Numbered from the stretch's first letter, positions 9,916-20,405 are shown. The stretch is DNA of 64,000 nucleotides from a virus (IMGVR_UViG_2843020057_000001:74516-138515), one strand, 5' to 3'. Notes: generated by a model not told the origin, from the sequence alone. Numbers and translations are program-made.

Positions 9916-11206
9916 ATTTGACGAACAACTCCTTACTTAGTTGGTTCAAGTCACGCATATATCTTTGTAACTCTTTTAACTGATCCTCAGTTACTTCGTT
10001 GTAACGTAAACTGCCAATTAACCCACCGTCTTCATTTAGGTCATGGTAGTATTTAACATTCTGCTTAATGTTGCGAATAAACTTATCAACAGATTCACTA
10101 TTACGAGCATTCCGCATATAGGTATCAAAAGTATCTCCTAAAGCTTCAACTGTCTCGTTTTCATCCGTTAAACTTTGCATCAAGTCTGAAGTATCATGTA
10201 TTTCATCATCTTGAAGCGAATCTGATAAATCATCAACCATGTCGGCAACGTCATCATTGAAGTCTTCATTATCTACACTATTTACAATATTTTTACTATA
10301 TTCACGAATATGAGTACGTGCTGTATTACCACTAACTCCGACATGAATTTGATAAAGAATAATCCCAAAATAAGAATTCATGGTTTCATTTTTACGAACT
10401 TGTGATTCTGGATCATCACCAAAGTTTTTGGACAACGATTTCCCCATTTCGTAGAAAAGTGACCAAGCTTTACTTTCCTTAATAATATTGAAATTATTTT
10501 CCGGAGCACCAATAAACTCCAAAAATTTTTTCATATATACAGCACCATCATAATATTTTTTAACTTCAGTGGGTCGCATATGTGAATCAGCCGCATAATC
10601 TGCTTGGGTCATAATTGGATCATCGCCACTGGTGGTCTGGTAGATATCAACAGCCAAATCAACTGGATCATAATCTTGTCGCTCTTCAACACCCATTTGA
10701 ATAGCTAATTCCAATTTTTTGATTTTAGCTCGCTCAGTAGTGTTGTCATATGAGAATGGCAAAACAACAGCTTCAAAATAAACCGTCTTACCAGTATCTT
10801 GATGAATATCGCGTAATGTTGTAAAGCGCCGATTACCATCTACAATTCGTCCATCATCTAATACATAGCCATACACTTGTTGGCCCGCTTCAGTAATAGA
10901 CTTCTTAGTTCTTTTCAAAGCAGTCGGATTATCCTGCTCAATCAACTTAGCTACAAAGTTATTGTATTGAGGATTGTCCTTTTCGTTTGCTGGCTGCAGT
11001 TGACCTTCATATTGTGAAATACCAGTTGCAATCCGGCCATTCTTATCATTGTAGTAAAGGTACTCTAATGGAATCTTGTAGACGTCTAGAGTCTCCGAGC
11101 TCACACCATCAACCTTAATTGGTAATTTCGGCTTAGCTCCTGTTTTCTCTAGTTTCCCTTCTTTAGCTAATTCAATCAATGATAACATTCTAGTCCAACT
11201 CCCCAT
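9896..11206 (-). CDS. ParB/Srx-like nuclease-domain protein
   Basis: N-terminal ParB-N pattern KIPLEYLYYNDKNGR and GxRR box IVDGNRRFTTL. Acidic C-terminal half. Start and stop overlap neighbours (translational coupling). Confidence 0.6.
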   Translation of the reverse strand: MGSWTRMLSLIELAKEGKLEKTGAKPKLPIKVDGVSSETLDVYKIPLEYLYYNDKNGRIATGISQYEGQLQPANEKDNPQYNNFVAKLIEQDNPTALKRTKKSITEAGQQVYGYVLDDGRIVDGNRRFTTLRDIHQDTGKTVYFEAVVLPFSYDNTTERAKIKKLELAIQMGVEERQDYDPVDLAVDIYQTTSGDDPIMTQADYAADSHMRPTEVKKYYDGAVYMKKFLEFIGAPENNFNIIKESKAWSLFYEMGKSLSKNFGDDPESQVRKNETMNSYFGIILYQIHVGVSGNTARTHIREYSKNIVNSVDNEDFNDDVADMVDDLSDSLQDDEIHDTSDLMQSLTDENETVEALGDTFDTYMRNARNSESVDKFIRNIKQNVKYYHDLNEDGGLIGSLRYNEVTEDQLKELQRYMRDLNQLSKELFVKYGDEIR

Positions 11207-14180
11207 TTTCTAATTTATTAATCAAGTCATGTACTTCTTGTTCACTCGTAGCCATACGATAGTAAACCCCTGATTCTCTCAAATGATCAAAATATTTCTG
11301 CTGAATAATACGGATTTCATCATCACCAAGTCGCATATTCTCTGCTTTAGTTTCAATTACAAGATATACTGGCTTATTGCCATGCTCGATCTTAAATATA
11401 AAATCTGGCGTAGTTGTTCCGTTATCAAAACGTGGAATCTTAATAGCCCTCTTAGGTAGTTTTCCAAATACACTAATCTTGGGGCCATATGATCGTTTCA
11501 ATATTTTCAGCTCTGGATCAGCACTGTCATATCGCAGTGGTGGCCGATCATACAGGTATTTCTCATCAGAAGACGAATCGGATTGGTAAACACCCAACAC
11601 ACTTGCTGGCACTGAATCAACAAATTCATGTTTCTTCGCATTATAAACTGAAGTAGACGCTGAGAAATCTAATGGCTCGTAGCTGTATGAAGTTTTAATT
11701 CTCTCATTAAATTGTTTATTAAAAGTATGAATCAAATTGCCCAATGTTTTTTCATTAATGTACTTCTTATTGTTTTTTAAACGCTTAATCGCCTTAATCA
11801 TCAGATTATTCAGTAAATTAACTGATAGGTCTGTTTGCTGGGCTAAAATCTTAAGAAACTTACCATATTTCATTGGTGGATAATCAACGCCATAATCACT
11901 CTGCGTTTCTTTAAGCGAGGCCGAACTATCATTAACGTCAACCTTTTGATGAATCATTTGAGGACGTTGTAAAACAAAGACCTTATTATCACTATCATTG
12001 AAAACATTGCGAGCAACTGTTTCGGCATCTTGATTAACTGATGGAGTAAATTTAATCATCCGACGTTTAGCTAATTGCAACCACAAGTTCTTTAATTGCT
12101 GCCAATTTTGCTTGCGTAGCTTAACATTTGTGCTGTCTTTTGAATTTTTATCTCGAACCTTATCCTTAGCAACTTTAGTTTCTTGGACTAATTCTGGATA
12201 AAGATGACACAACGCATCATAGCCGGTCATCATTTGACCATCTAATTCAACGTTTTCTTTAAATTTGTTAGAACGAGTAATCACATTATGGGCATCTAAA
12301 TCATCAAGTAGCTGGTCCTCATCAAACTTAGGATCAGTTTTTTGTTTAGCTTTAACAATCAGCTTGATCATGTCATCAGTTAATTCTTCTTGGTTCAGTT
12401 TTATCGGTGAATCATCATTAATTTTACCTACTAACTTTTGAGCAAAATCTCGTTCATCATAACCTATTAAGAAAGATAGACGACTCTGCCACTCATCCTG
12501 ATTCAAACGGTGACCAGTTTCATCAACTGGAAGCCGTAAACCACGACCAACTTCCTGAATCTTGTTGATTTCTGAGCCAGAAGTCCGCAACTTAGCAATC
12601 GTAAAGACATTTGGATTATCCCAACCTTCACGTAGCGTCCACTTAGAAAACAGAAAGCGACGAGTAAGCCAGTTACCGTCTTTATCCTTAAAGCTAAGCA
12701 ACTTTTCCTTGTTGTTTAAAATATCCTCAACTTCCGCCTGGATATCCGCATCTGAACTGTCACGATCCTTGCTGAAATAACTGGCATAAACGTTCTGGTG
12801 TTCCGACTGTAAACTCTTCAAGGTAGCCAGTAAAAAGGAATGATACTCTTTTTCTCGGTCATCAATTGCTAATTCATAGTGATCAATTAATGTCTTCAGC
12901 TTTTTAGTTAAAATTTCTTCGAAGTGCTGAGCAAGCCAACCTTTACTATTGTTTTCTGCACGAAAGCTGGAAATACTATCAATGAAGAATAAAGACAAGG
13001 TTTTTATCTTAGGTGCATTATCCCCCGAATTTGGACGCAAGAAGTTCTCCTCTTCCGCCTTAAAATGACAATCTAATGCTTGCGAAATAATCTCATCCTG
13101 ATAATTTTGAGCAAAAGTACCAGGAATCAGCTCCATATCTTTGGACAAAGCTAATCCATTTGATAATTCACGGTCACCGACATAGGTAATATTACCCTCA
13201 AAGCCAGTATCGATGTCCGCTAAATTTTCACCGACGTTCATTGAATAATCTTTACCATCTTTAGTCAAGACTAATTCTTTATTTCTATTTTTAAATTGCT
13301 TGACTTTGTACAAGTTATTAGCTTGTTCTTCCGGCATATCTGGGTAATAGATATCGATTCCCTTAACTAAACCTTGATTAAAGCTATCGACGGCATCCAA
13401 GTTGAACTGAGGTTCACCACGGTAATAATCAATCTTAGTAACCTTGTTTTTGCCACGCCCACTTGTTGTTACCGGGAAAGTAGCCCCAAAGCGGACAATT
13501 AACTGAGGCTTCATCTCTTCAATATCTTTATAGAATTTTTTGCCCCGTGGGAAACGCTGCGGTTCATCAATAATCACCACTGGCCGCGTGGCAGCAATAG
13601 CTTGAAGTGGTTCGGTTTCTCCACCCAAGAGTGTTTGATCAAAAATGTATGGTTTTTTCCTACGTGGCATCATATACATAGAATGGAGCATTCCTTGGTT
13701 AATCAGCAAAACTTCAATTTGGTTAGCATTCTGCCTAGTTGCTTCCACAAATTCAGAAAGCTGAGCTGGGAAGTTACGGCGTCCGGAGCGCGCACTAAAA
13801 TCACCCGCGTTAATAACGTTTAATTGCACTCGGGTATTTTCATAAAATTCACTAAAGTGCTGCTTAGCATAATCACTACTGATAAAACTGCGGGTACCTT
13901 CCTTAATACTTGGACTTGGCACCGCAATCACGAACTTGAATAAGCCATACTTTTGGTGAAGGTCATACATCATCCGGGTGTAAACATAAGTCTTCCCAGT
14001 CCCCGTTTCCATCTTAATGTCAATGTTAGCTTTATCGTTATAACGGTATCTAATCAATGGATTGGCATAGATGTAATTAGCATTTGGGTCATTGGACATG
14101 GTGTCCATACCAGGAAATGCTTTATCAATGGCAGCTAAGGCATCTGTTTGGTGTTGTAAAGTTTCTAGTTTAATCTTCAT
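11190..14180 (-). CDS. res: Type III restriction-modification Res subunit (helicase + C-terminal PD-(D/E)xK nuclease)
   Basis: Walker A METGTGKTY. Motif II VIIDEPQRF. C-terminal nuclease-like PDFIF...LVIETKAENMR. Immediately downstream of mod with a 4-nt gap. Confidence 0.75.
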   Translation of the reverse strand: MKIKLETLQHQTDALAAIDKAFPGMDTMSNDPNANYIYANPLIRYRYNDKANIDIKMETGTGKTYVYTRMMYDLHQKYGLFKFVIAVPSPSIKEGTRSFISSDYAKQHFSEFYENTRVQLNVINAGDFSARSGRRNFPAQLSEFVEATRQNANQIEVLLINQGMLHSMYMMPRRKKPYIFDQTLLGGETEPLQAIAATRPVVIIDEPQRFPRGKKFYKDIEEMKPQLIVRFGATFPVTTSGRGKNKVTKIDYYRGEPQFNLDAVDSFNQGLVKGIDIYYPDMPEEQANNLYKVKQFKNRNKELVLTKDGKDYSMNVGENLADIDTGFEGNITYVGDRELSNGLALSKDMELIPGTFAQNYQDEIISQALDCHFKAEEENFLRPNSGDNAPKIKTLSLFFIDSISSFRAENNSKGWLAQHFEEILTKKLKTLIDHYELAIDDREKEYHSFLLATLKSLQSEHQNVYASYFSKDRDSSDADIQAEVEDILNNKEKLLSFKDKDGNWLTRRFLFSKWTLREGWDNPNVFTIAKLRTSGSEINKIQEVGRGLRLPVDETGHRLNQDEWQSRLSFLIGYDERDFAQKLVGKINDDSPIKLNQEELTDDMIKLIVKAKQKTDPKFDEDQLLDDLDAHNVITRSNKFKENVELDGQMMTGYDALCHLYPELVQETKVAKDKVRDKNSKDSTNVKLRKQNWQQLKNLWLQLAKRRMIKFTPSVNQDAETVARNVFNDSDNKVFVLQRPQMIHQKVDVNDSSASLKETQSDYGVDYPPMKYGKFLKILAQQTDLSVNLLNNLMIKAIKRLKNNKKYINEKTLGNLIHTFNKQFNERIKTSYSYEPLDFSASTSVYNAKKHEFVDSVPASVLGVYQSDSSSDEKYLYDRPPLRYDSADPELKILKRSYGPKISVFGKLPKRAIKIPRFDNGTTTPDFIFKIEHGNKPVYLVIETKAENMRLGDDEIRIIQQKYFDHLRESGVYYRMATSEQEVHDLINKLENGELD

Positions 14181-14183
14181 GGT

Positions 14184-16274
14184 TTAGTACCTCTTGATTA
14201 AAGTTACTTTACTGTCTAGCTGTTTTAAGCCATTTTCCAGTTCACGCAGTTCTGCCACGTTAAAGGAGTAGCCAAAAATAACCACACTTTGGATTTCTAA
14301 TTGACGAGTACCAAGTTGGTTGAGTAATTCTTTAGTTTGGCTTGCTCCCCAACCTTCATTAACCAAGTAAAGTCGATTATCTTCAACTTTATGCGCGGTG
14401 TAGTTATCAAACTTAACTTCTTCAACATCAGCATCAAATGGATAACCATCCTTAGCTAACCATGTAGTCAGAATAGTTTCTTCACCTGTGGCATCCCCAT
14501 CTATTTTTAGGCTTTCACTAGAAAAGCCATCGACCATATTGGTAAACAAGTCAGTGTTGTTTGGATTAAAGTCTTCAATATCTTCCAAGGTTTGCTTAAC
14601 TGGTTTGACAACTCGATAGTGCTTAAAGCTGCCGTCAAAGTCTTCAGGCAAAGTTAGTTCATTATCTTCACGAATCTTTTTAGCAGCACGACGAATACGT
14701 TCACGAGAGATTTCGTCGATGGATTTAAAACCAGCATCATATGCTGCTTTGCCACCTGTAGTAGGTATCTTTTGGCCCCTTTTATCTAAAATGGTTTTTC
14801 CCGTATCTTTATCAACTTTGTAAGTCTTTTCTGGTAACTGAACCATAATAAACTTACGATGTCCACCATCCTCAGCATTAAGTTGCATTACTGCATCTGC
14901 TGTAGTACCTGAGCCTGCAAAAAAATCAAAAACCGTAATATTTTTACTGCTAAACAACGTTAAAAATAATTTGATTAAATCAGTACTCTTTGGTGAAGAA
15001 AATACCTCACGGTTATCAAAAAGTAATTTGAGTTTTTGTTTGGCCTTTGTGGTAGTTAGATCTAGATGATAATCAGTAGGCTTATTGTTAATAATTGCTT
15101 GATACTTTAAATTGGTTACGATACTTTTTAATCTTTTCGTTGTACTAAAATTTTTTTCAAAAATTTTAGTATCTGTAAACTGTAACGAATTAGTTTCAAA
15201 AAGTTCCATAAATTTATCTATAGAGTACGTATTTTCTACAAATTTATTATTTCTTTCTGAAATATATCGAATATATCCTTCACCAATTAATTCATTATCA
15301 ATATCGAGTATGTCCTTCTCTTTTCTAAAATGAATTTTCTGTTTTTCGGGCTGATAGTAAACGCTGTAATGTTTTTTAGAACTGTAGTTAGTAACTACAT
15401 CATTAAATTTATTTTCCCCTACCAGAACGCGTTTTCCGCTATTATGAACGAAATTACCATTCTCATCTTTAATCATTTCTGTAGATCTTTTCGGTATGTT
15501 TTCAATAAATTTAGCTTCATTAATTTTTTTAGCGTATAAGATGGCAAACTCACTGCTAACGGAAATAAACTTAGAGTTTTTTCTGCCTTTAGGATTATTT
15601 TCGACTGATAAATTTCCAATAAAATTATCCTCACCAAACACTTCATCCATTAATAATTTTAAATTGGCTTGTTCATTATCATCTATAGAGACAAACATCA
15701 CGCCTTCATCAGTTAGTAGCCTTTTTGCCAAAGTTAACCTTGGATACATAAATGTCATCCATGCAGAATGACTAGACCTTCCTTGAATACTTTTTAGTCG
15801 TGATAGTTGATCATCGTTAAGTTCAAACATTTCTTTTAACTTATCATCAGAGTATTCAAAATTATCTGGATAAACAAAATCATCTTTACCAGTGTTATAT
15901 GGAGGATCAATATAGATCACATCAACCTTATTTGTATATGCAGTTTGTAAATGTCGTAATACTTCGAGATTATCACCAGTAAAGAACAGGTTATTACTGT
16001 CCTTCCCTTCACCCTTATTTTGTTTCTCATCAGGGACAATCACCGTTGTCGGCATCTCACCTGCTTGACGCCGCGCATAATCTTTACCAATGAAATCTAG
16101 CTGATAACCTTCACTAAGTTCATTGCTGTTCTTTTCTTCTAGTTGCTCCTTGAACTTTTCCAAATCGAAGAAGCCATTTTTATTAAAGAACTCTGGCAAT
16201 TTATCTTTCAATTCATTTAAAAAGGCTGTGTTCGGCTGTACGGATTCATTATATTTTTCAGCATCTGTCTTCAT
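14184..16274 (-). CDS. mod: Type III R-M Mod subunit, N6-adenine DNA methyltransferase (beta class)
   Basis: DPPY motif VIYIDPPYNTG precedes the FxGxG motif FDFFAGSGTTADA (circularly permuted order typical of Type III Mod). Confidence 0.85.
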   Translation of the reverse strand: MKTDAEKYNESVQPNTAFLNELKDKLPEFFNKNGFFDLEKFKEQLEEKNSNELSEGYQLDFIGKDYARRQAGEMPTTVIVPDEKQNKGEGKDSNNLFFTGDNLEVLRHLQTAYTNKVDVIYIDPPYNTGKDDFVYPDNFEYSDDKLKEMFELNDDQLSRLKSIQGRSSHSAWMTFMYPRLTLAKRLLTDEGVMFVSIDDNEQANLKLLMDEVFGEDNFIGNLSVENNPKGRKNSKFISVSSEFAILYAKKINEAKFIENIPKRSTEMIKDENGNFVHNSGKRVLVGENKFNDVVTNYSSKKHYSVYYQPEKQKIHFRKEKDILDIDNELIGEGYIRYISERNNKFVENTYSIDKFMELFETNSLQFTDTKIFEKNFSTTKRLKSIVTNLKYQAIINNKPTDYHLDLTTTKAKQKLKLLFDNREVFSSPKSTDLIKLFLTLFSSKNITVFDFFAGSGTTADAVMQLNAEDGGHRKFIMVQLPEKTYKVDKDTGKTILDKRGQKIPTTGGKAAYDAGFKSIDEISRERIRRAAKKIREDNELTLPEDFDGSFKHYRVVKPVKQTLEDIEDFNPNNTDLFTNMVDGFSSESLKIDGDATGEETILTTWLAKDGYPFDADVEEVKFDNYTAHKVEDNRLYLVNEGWGASQTKELLNQLGTRQLEIQSVVIFGYSFNVAELRELENGLKQLDSKVTLIKRY

Positions 16275-16308
16275 ACATTTTCTCCTTTAATTTGTACTAT
16301 ATCAATAA

Positions 16309-16611
16309 TTACCGCTTTCTAGGATCTTTAATACCAGTAATAGCTTCCATTCCTTCAGTGGTAACTATCCATTGTTTGCCAAATTTACGTATGCTACCTT
16401 CAGGGAATTTCAGAGGATTACTCTTATAAGTCCTTCTTACATAATTTTCAGCATGACCCCAAATTCTAGATGCATCTCCAGCATCCATAATATTTGGATC
16501 ATTAAGGTTAATTTTCATTAAATCACCCCTTAAAGTGCTCACAATATCATGATAGTACCGTATAGTACATATAACAATAGCAAAAAGGATAATAAATAAA
16601 TAAACTCCCAC
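16309..16611 (-). CDS. HTH_17/excisionase-like DNA-binding protein with N-terminal TM anchor (paralog of 16651..16866)
   Basis: ...DPNIMDAGDASRIWGHAENYVRRTYKSNPLKFPEGSIRKFGKQWIVTTEGMEAITG... matches the AlpA/Xis-type winged HTH pattern. Confidence 0.5.
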   Translation of the reverse strand: MGVYLFIILFAIVICTIRYYHDIVSTLRGDLMKINLNDPNIMDAGDASRIWGHAENYVRRTYKSNPLKFPEGSIRKFGKQWIVTTEGMEAITGIKDPRKR

Positions 16612-16650
16612 CCATCTTCTAAGTGAGAGTCTCCTTGTAAAATACTCGTT

Positions 16651-16866
16651 TTACTTATTTTTTCTCGGATCTTTCATACCCGTTATTGCTTCCATTCCTT
16701 TAGTGGTAACAACCCATGCTTGACCAAATTTACGGATTGAACCGCTTGGAAATTTATCTGGATTTTGCTTATAGTATGTTCTTACATACCCATTATTTTT
16801 ACCCCATATCTTGGCTGCCTCTTTGGCATCCATAATATCTGGGGTATCTAAATTTATATCTTCCAT
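16651..16866 (-). CDS. HTH_17/excisionase-like DNA-binding protein
   Basis: ~60% identical to 16309..16611 over the HTH region. Sits upstream of mod on the same strand. Confidence 0.5.
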   Translation of the reverse strand: MEDINLDTPDIMDAKEAAKIWGKNNGYVRTYYKQNPDKFPSGSIRKFGQAWVVTTKGMEAITGMKDPRKNK

Positions 16867-17007
16867 ATATTTTCTCCAAATTATTTAATAATTCAATTAT
16901 ATGTTTAACACGATATCGTGTAAATATAAAAAAAGAGAAATACTGACTGAAAAGTAGTCAGTATTTCTATAAAGAACAAAAAGTTATACAGAAAGTGTGC
17001 AAAATAA

Positions 17008-17289
17008 TTATGCCGCCTGCTCCATTCTAGTCAACTTAGTTCTCATCATTGCGGCTGCATGGCAATAAATTTCATAACAAGGATCATCTTTTTCAAAGAT
17101 TAATGCTTCGTTTAAATTTGGTGTCAAATATACTTCATTAACCTCAACGTTAGAAGTTTTCATACCAAATCTACTCGTTAAGTGCTTACCATCAACTCCA
17201 CATACATATAACTGTCCTACTTTGATTAAATAAAATGTCTCTTTTATAAGGATCACCGTTCCTCTCTTGGGGTATCTAAATAGTCCCAC
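17008..17289 (-). CDS. hypothetical protein
   Basis: ORF only. Confidence 0.3.
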   Translation of the reverse strand: MGLFRYPKRGTVILIKETFYLIKVGQLYVCGVDGKHLTSRFGMKTSNVEVNEVYLTPNLNEALIFEKDDPCYEIYCHAAAMMRTKLTRMEQAA

Positions 17290-17582
17290 AATAGCTGTTT
17301 TACAAATGGTGGAGCCGCATTAAAGTTAATTGCCGGTCGAATTAGCACATCTTTATTATCGCAAATACTAACCTCGACCTGTCCTCCAGCCATTTGTTCT
17401 AATCGTTGTTTAAATTCAGTTGCTAACAATTAACAAACTCCTAACTCATTTCCTTGACTAGAAAGCCAGTCGCAACAATAATTGGGACAATAATAAATAG
17501 GCTAATACCACCATAAGCAACAGTAGATACGCCTAAGAACGCTAAAATTAATAAAAATGAAATAATTGCTGTGTAACTCATG

Positions 17583-17858
17583 TTATGCCACCGCCCAATT
17601 AAATGTTTTTGCTTTTGACCACAAACAATCTAGCTTTCCCCACATCATTTGTTTGTAGTGTTTAGTAGAGTTAATTCCACAAAGATAATCTTTCGCGTCT
17701 TGAAACGAATCAAAAAGCTCGTATTCACAACACATAGTAGATAAGTTTTCTATGAAATGATAGAGCTCTAATGGATTCTCTGTATTTACCACGTCCCAAT
17801 AATCTCTTTTAAGGTACGATGGACTTTCTGAAGTGGGCTGGACTAAAATAATTTTCAT
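17583..17858 (-). CDS. hypothetical protein
   Basis: ORF only, Cys/Trp-rich. Confidence 0.3.
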   Translation of the reverse strand: MKIILVQPTSESPSYLKRDYWDVVNTENPLELYHFIENLSTMCCEYELFDSFQDAKDYLCGINSTKHYKQMMWGKLDCLWSKAKTFNWAVA

Positions 17859-17869
17859 TTATAATCTAC

Positions 17870-18088
17870 CTACCGTCTTACTACTTCGCCATCTACAATA
17901 ATCTTGTAATGGTCCTCGTCAGTATATAAGCGAATAATCCCATCAGACATTTCTAGACGGACACCATTCATATTAACGATACTGCTGCCACATGAATGGT
18001 ATTGATTTAAGTTTTTGCCAGTACCCATGTTAATTGAAATTGCTTCTTGATCTAATACGTTTTTGATTTTTCTAAATAAGTTTTTCAA
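17870..18088 (-). CDS. hypothetical protein
   Basis: ORF only, close-packed with neighbours. Confidence 0.3.
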   Translation of the reverse strand: MKNLFRKIKNVLDQEAISINMGTGKNLNQYHSCGSSIVNMNGVRLEMSDGIIRLYTDEDHYKIIVDGEVVRR

Positions 18089-18120
18089 ATATATTTCTCC
18101 TCTTAAAATATCCGTTTTAT

Positions 18121-18615
18121 CTAGTAGACAGCTCCATCATAAAAATTGAATGACGGCTTATTAAAGTCATAATTTTCTAATTCAGATAGCTTAATAAAGT
18201 TGTCACCAACACCATAAGTCATAAGGTTAATTGGCTTACCCCAGTCTTCATCTGGAATTACAATCAAATTATACTTACCTAATGCACGTGCCATTCCTAA
18301 TTCGACACCCATTCCCACATCTTCTTCTTCGGGAATATAGATAGCTAAGATAACGTCTGACGTTTGAACACCTACACGATCACCATTATAAGTAGCCGTA
18401 CTCCATTCACGATCTTCTAGTAATTCTGGATGTTCATCAACACGTAATCCCTTGTATTGATGTTGAAGTGGAACATAGCTGTTCGGCACATCGACTGTTG
18501 GATTATTTTCAATGGCTTTCATGGCTTCTGAATATGCTTTGTTTTGCTTTTCAGTAAACCAACCTGCGCAAAAATATACTGTCTTACTCTTAATCATTCT
18601 TTTATTCCTCCACAT
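18121..18615 (-). CDS. ndt: nucleoside 2-deoxyribosyltransferase
   Basis: Near-collinear with Lactobacillus NDT: YFCAGWFTEKQNKAY..., SYVPL.HQYKGLRVDEHPE, DVGMGVELGMARALGKYNLIVIPDEDWGKPINLMTYGV, C-terminal ...YDGAVY. Confidence 0.85.
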   Translation of the reverse strand: MWRNKRMIKSKTVYFCAGWFTEKQNKAYSEAMKAIENNPTVDVPNSYVPLQHQYKGLRVDEHPELLEDREWSTATYNGDRVGVQTSDVILAIYIPEEEDVGMGVELGMARALGKYNLIVIPDEDWGKPINLMTYGVGDNFIKLSELENYDFNKPSFNFYDGAVY

Positions 18616-18864
18616 TCATAAATAATATGTATCATTCTTAACCGCCAAAAAGAGTACCAATCGCACACAATTCCCAGAAGCACGCCCATAAGAGAGTCCC
18701 TCCAGAAACATCTTTTTGCTGCCAAATATAAATAGACATCATAATTGGAATAGCTAAGCTTGCTACGCCTTTTACAATAAATGTTCCCATTTATTTACCA
18801 TTTCCTTCTTGAATTAACTAACACCAGCAAACAAAATATTGCTGCGGTGATAACTACCAATACT

Positions 18865-19062
18865 TCATTCTTCATACCTTAGTCCCGCTTTAATAGATTG
18901 CTCAATGCCGTAATTACTTAAATCTAACTTACATACTCGCTTATGTTTACCACATTTACTACACTGATAGATTTCTGACATATTACTTCCGTCCCAGTAT
19001 GGATAATAAATATCATCTAACCATTTATAATCGTGTCTACAAAATAATTGTTTAAGCTGCAT
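18865..19062 (-). CDS. small Zn-ribbon hypothetical protein
   Basis: CxxH...CSKCGKHKRVC motif. Confidence 0.3.
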   Translation of the reverse strand: MQLKQLFCRHDYKWLDDIYYPYWDGSNMSEIYQCSKCGKHKRVCKLDLSNYGIEQSIKAGLRYEE

Positions 19063-19390
19063 TTTTCTTAGCCTTTATAAATTTATCCTGAGTCGCTGAC
19101 TCTTCATATATTGTTTCATCATACTCAAATTTATTTCCATACACTTCAATATTCCCGACAACTTTTTCTGCTTCAGATAAGTATCGGTTGTATCTATTAA
19201 GCTGATATCTGCGGATACGAATTGTGTCATGATCAAACCAATAACGCTCATCATTATTAGTTGCTTCTGCCTCCTTGTCAGCATAGCTTAGCGCTAATTC
19301 ATATGAATCAGTTACCCCAACCACATATTCTGCATAATCGCTATACCAACCACTAGCGTGAATTACTACATAAATGTCTTTTGTTTTCAT
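19052..19390 (-). CDS. hypothetical protein
   Basis: ORF. The alternative-frame ORF 19075..19284 is considered spurious. Confidence 0.35.
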   Translation of the reverse strand: MKTKDIYVVIHASGWYSDYAEYVVGVTDSYELALSYADKEAEATNNDERYWFDHDTIRIRRYQLNRYNRYLSEAEKVVGNIEVYGNKFEYDETIYEESATQDKFIKAKKNAA

Positions 19391-19419
19391 TTATTCTCCT
19401 TATAAAACTGGCATTTTAC

Positions 19420-19623
19420 TTAAAATGGCATGAAAGACATAATGCCATAAATACCCAAAATAATAGGCGTAGACAGCATTACAACACTTTCCGCATTACT
19501 CTTTACATGATTTTCTGATCCGTTATCAACTATTCTTATGGTGAGGTACATCGTTACTTCAATTACTAGTGTTGCAATAATTGGAATTAAGAAATGCTTT
19601 ATCATCAATATTCGCCTTTTCAC
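19420..19623 (-). CDS. small membrane protein
   Basis: Two hydrophobic helices. Confidence 0.3.
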   Translation of the reverse strand: MKRRILMIKHFLIPIIATLVIEVTMYLTIRIVDNGSENHVKSNAESVVMLSTPIILGIYGIMSFMPF

Positions 19624-20405
19624 TTTTCAAAAAATGCAATACTCTTACCAATATGAATAGCACTTAAACCCGGTTTGGAAAACCATAATGTATGAAGCGC
19701 TGTGATCTGACTAGTCAATATCGTGATTAACCAGCTAATAATTTTGTTATATTCATCCTGGGTTAGATCAAAGAATGTGTCATCGTACATTCCTTCTACG
19801 CGAATGAATTGACCATATCGCTTATTTCTCCTTACTCTCAACGAATCAGTTTTAACCTCACGTTTTGCATACCAGTAAAGCGTATAGTCACCATCCTCCA
19901 ACGAGAAGCATGGAATTCCGTATGTATCTAATAGCCGCTCATCGTCTAGGGCTGAATAGTGAGTTATCTTAAATGACGGTTTTACTACATGATTATCAAT
20001 AGCAAGGAATTCTCTATCCGTAGCTTCAATAGAATAATCATCAAACCAACTTATTAACCGTGGATAAGCTCTATAACCTGTGATTTTCGTATAAATTAGT
20101 GTGTTCGTGTTTTTAAGGATTTCACCTTCTGCTGACTGTTGTATCCCACGAAAAACTTTATAAAAATTTCGAGTCATTGGTGCAACTATTCTTGTGGCTC
20201 TTTTCAATATACTGACTTGTTCTTCTGAGATGGGTGAAGCCTCATGTTCTCTAAGCACTTGTTCGGAAAGAATCTGTAATTCCTCTAGAATAGAATTGAC
20301 ATGTTCGAAATTTCTATATAAATCCTTATTTTCTCTTACATCGTCAATAACAGTTTTTAGGGTCTGAAGTCTTGGGTCGTCGAATTCAATTATTGCCTTA
20401 CTCAT
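19620..20405 (-). CDS. hypothetical protein
   Basis: ORF with overlapping start/stop with neighbours. Confidence 0.4.
   Translation of the reverse strand: MSKAIIEFDDPRLQTLKTVIDDVRENKDLYRNFEHVNSILEELQILSEQVLREHEASPISEEQVSILKRATRIVAPMTRNFYKVFRGIQQSAEGEILKNTNTLIYTKITGYRAYPRLISWFDDYSIEATDREFLAIDNHVVKPSFKITHYSALDDERLLDTYGIPCFSLEDGDYTLYWYAKREVKTDSLRVRRNKRYGQFIRVEGMYDDTFFDLTQDEYNKIISWLITILTSQITALHTLWFSKPGLSAIHIGKSIAFFEK

Noticed and set aside
19075-19284. Alternative-frame ORF 19075-19284 overlapping 19052-19390
   Set aside because: Fully nested in another frame of a longer ORF on the same strand. The longer ORF has the better start context.
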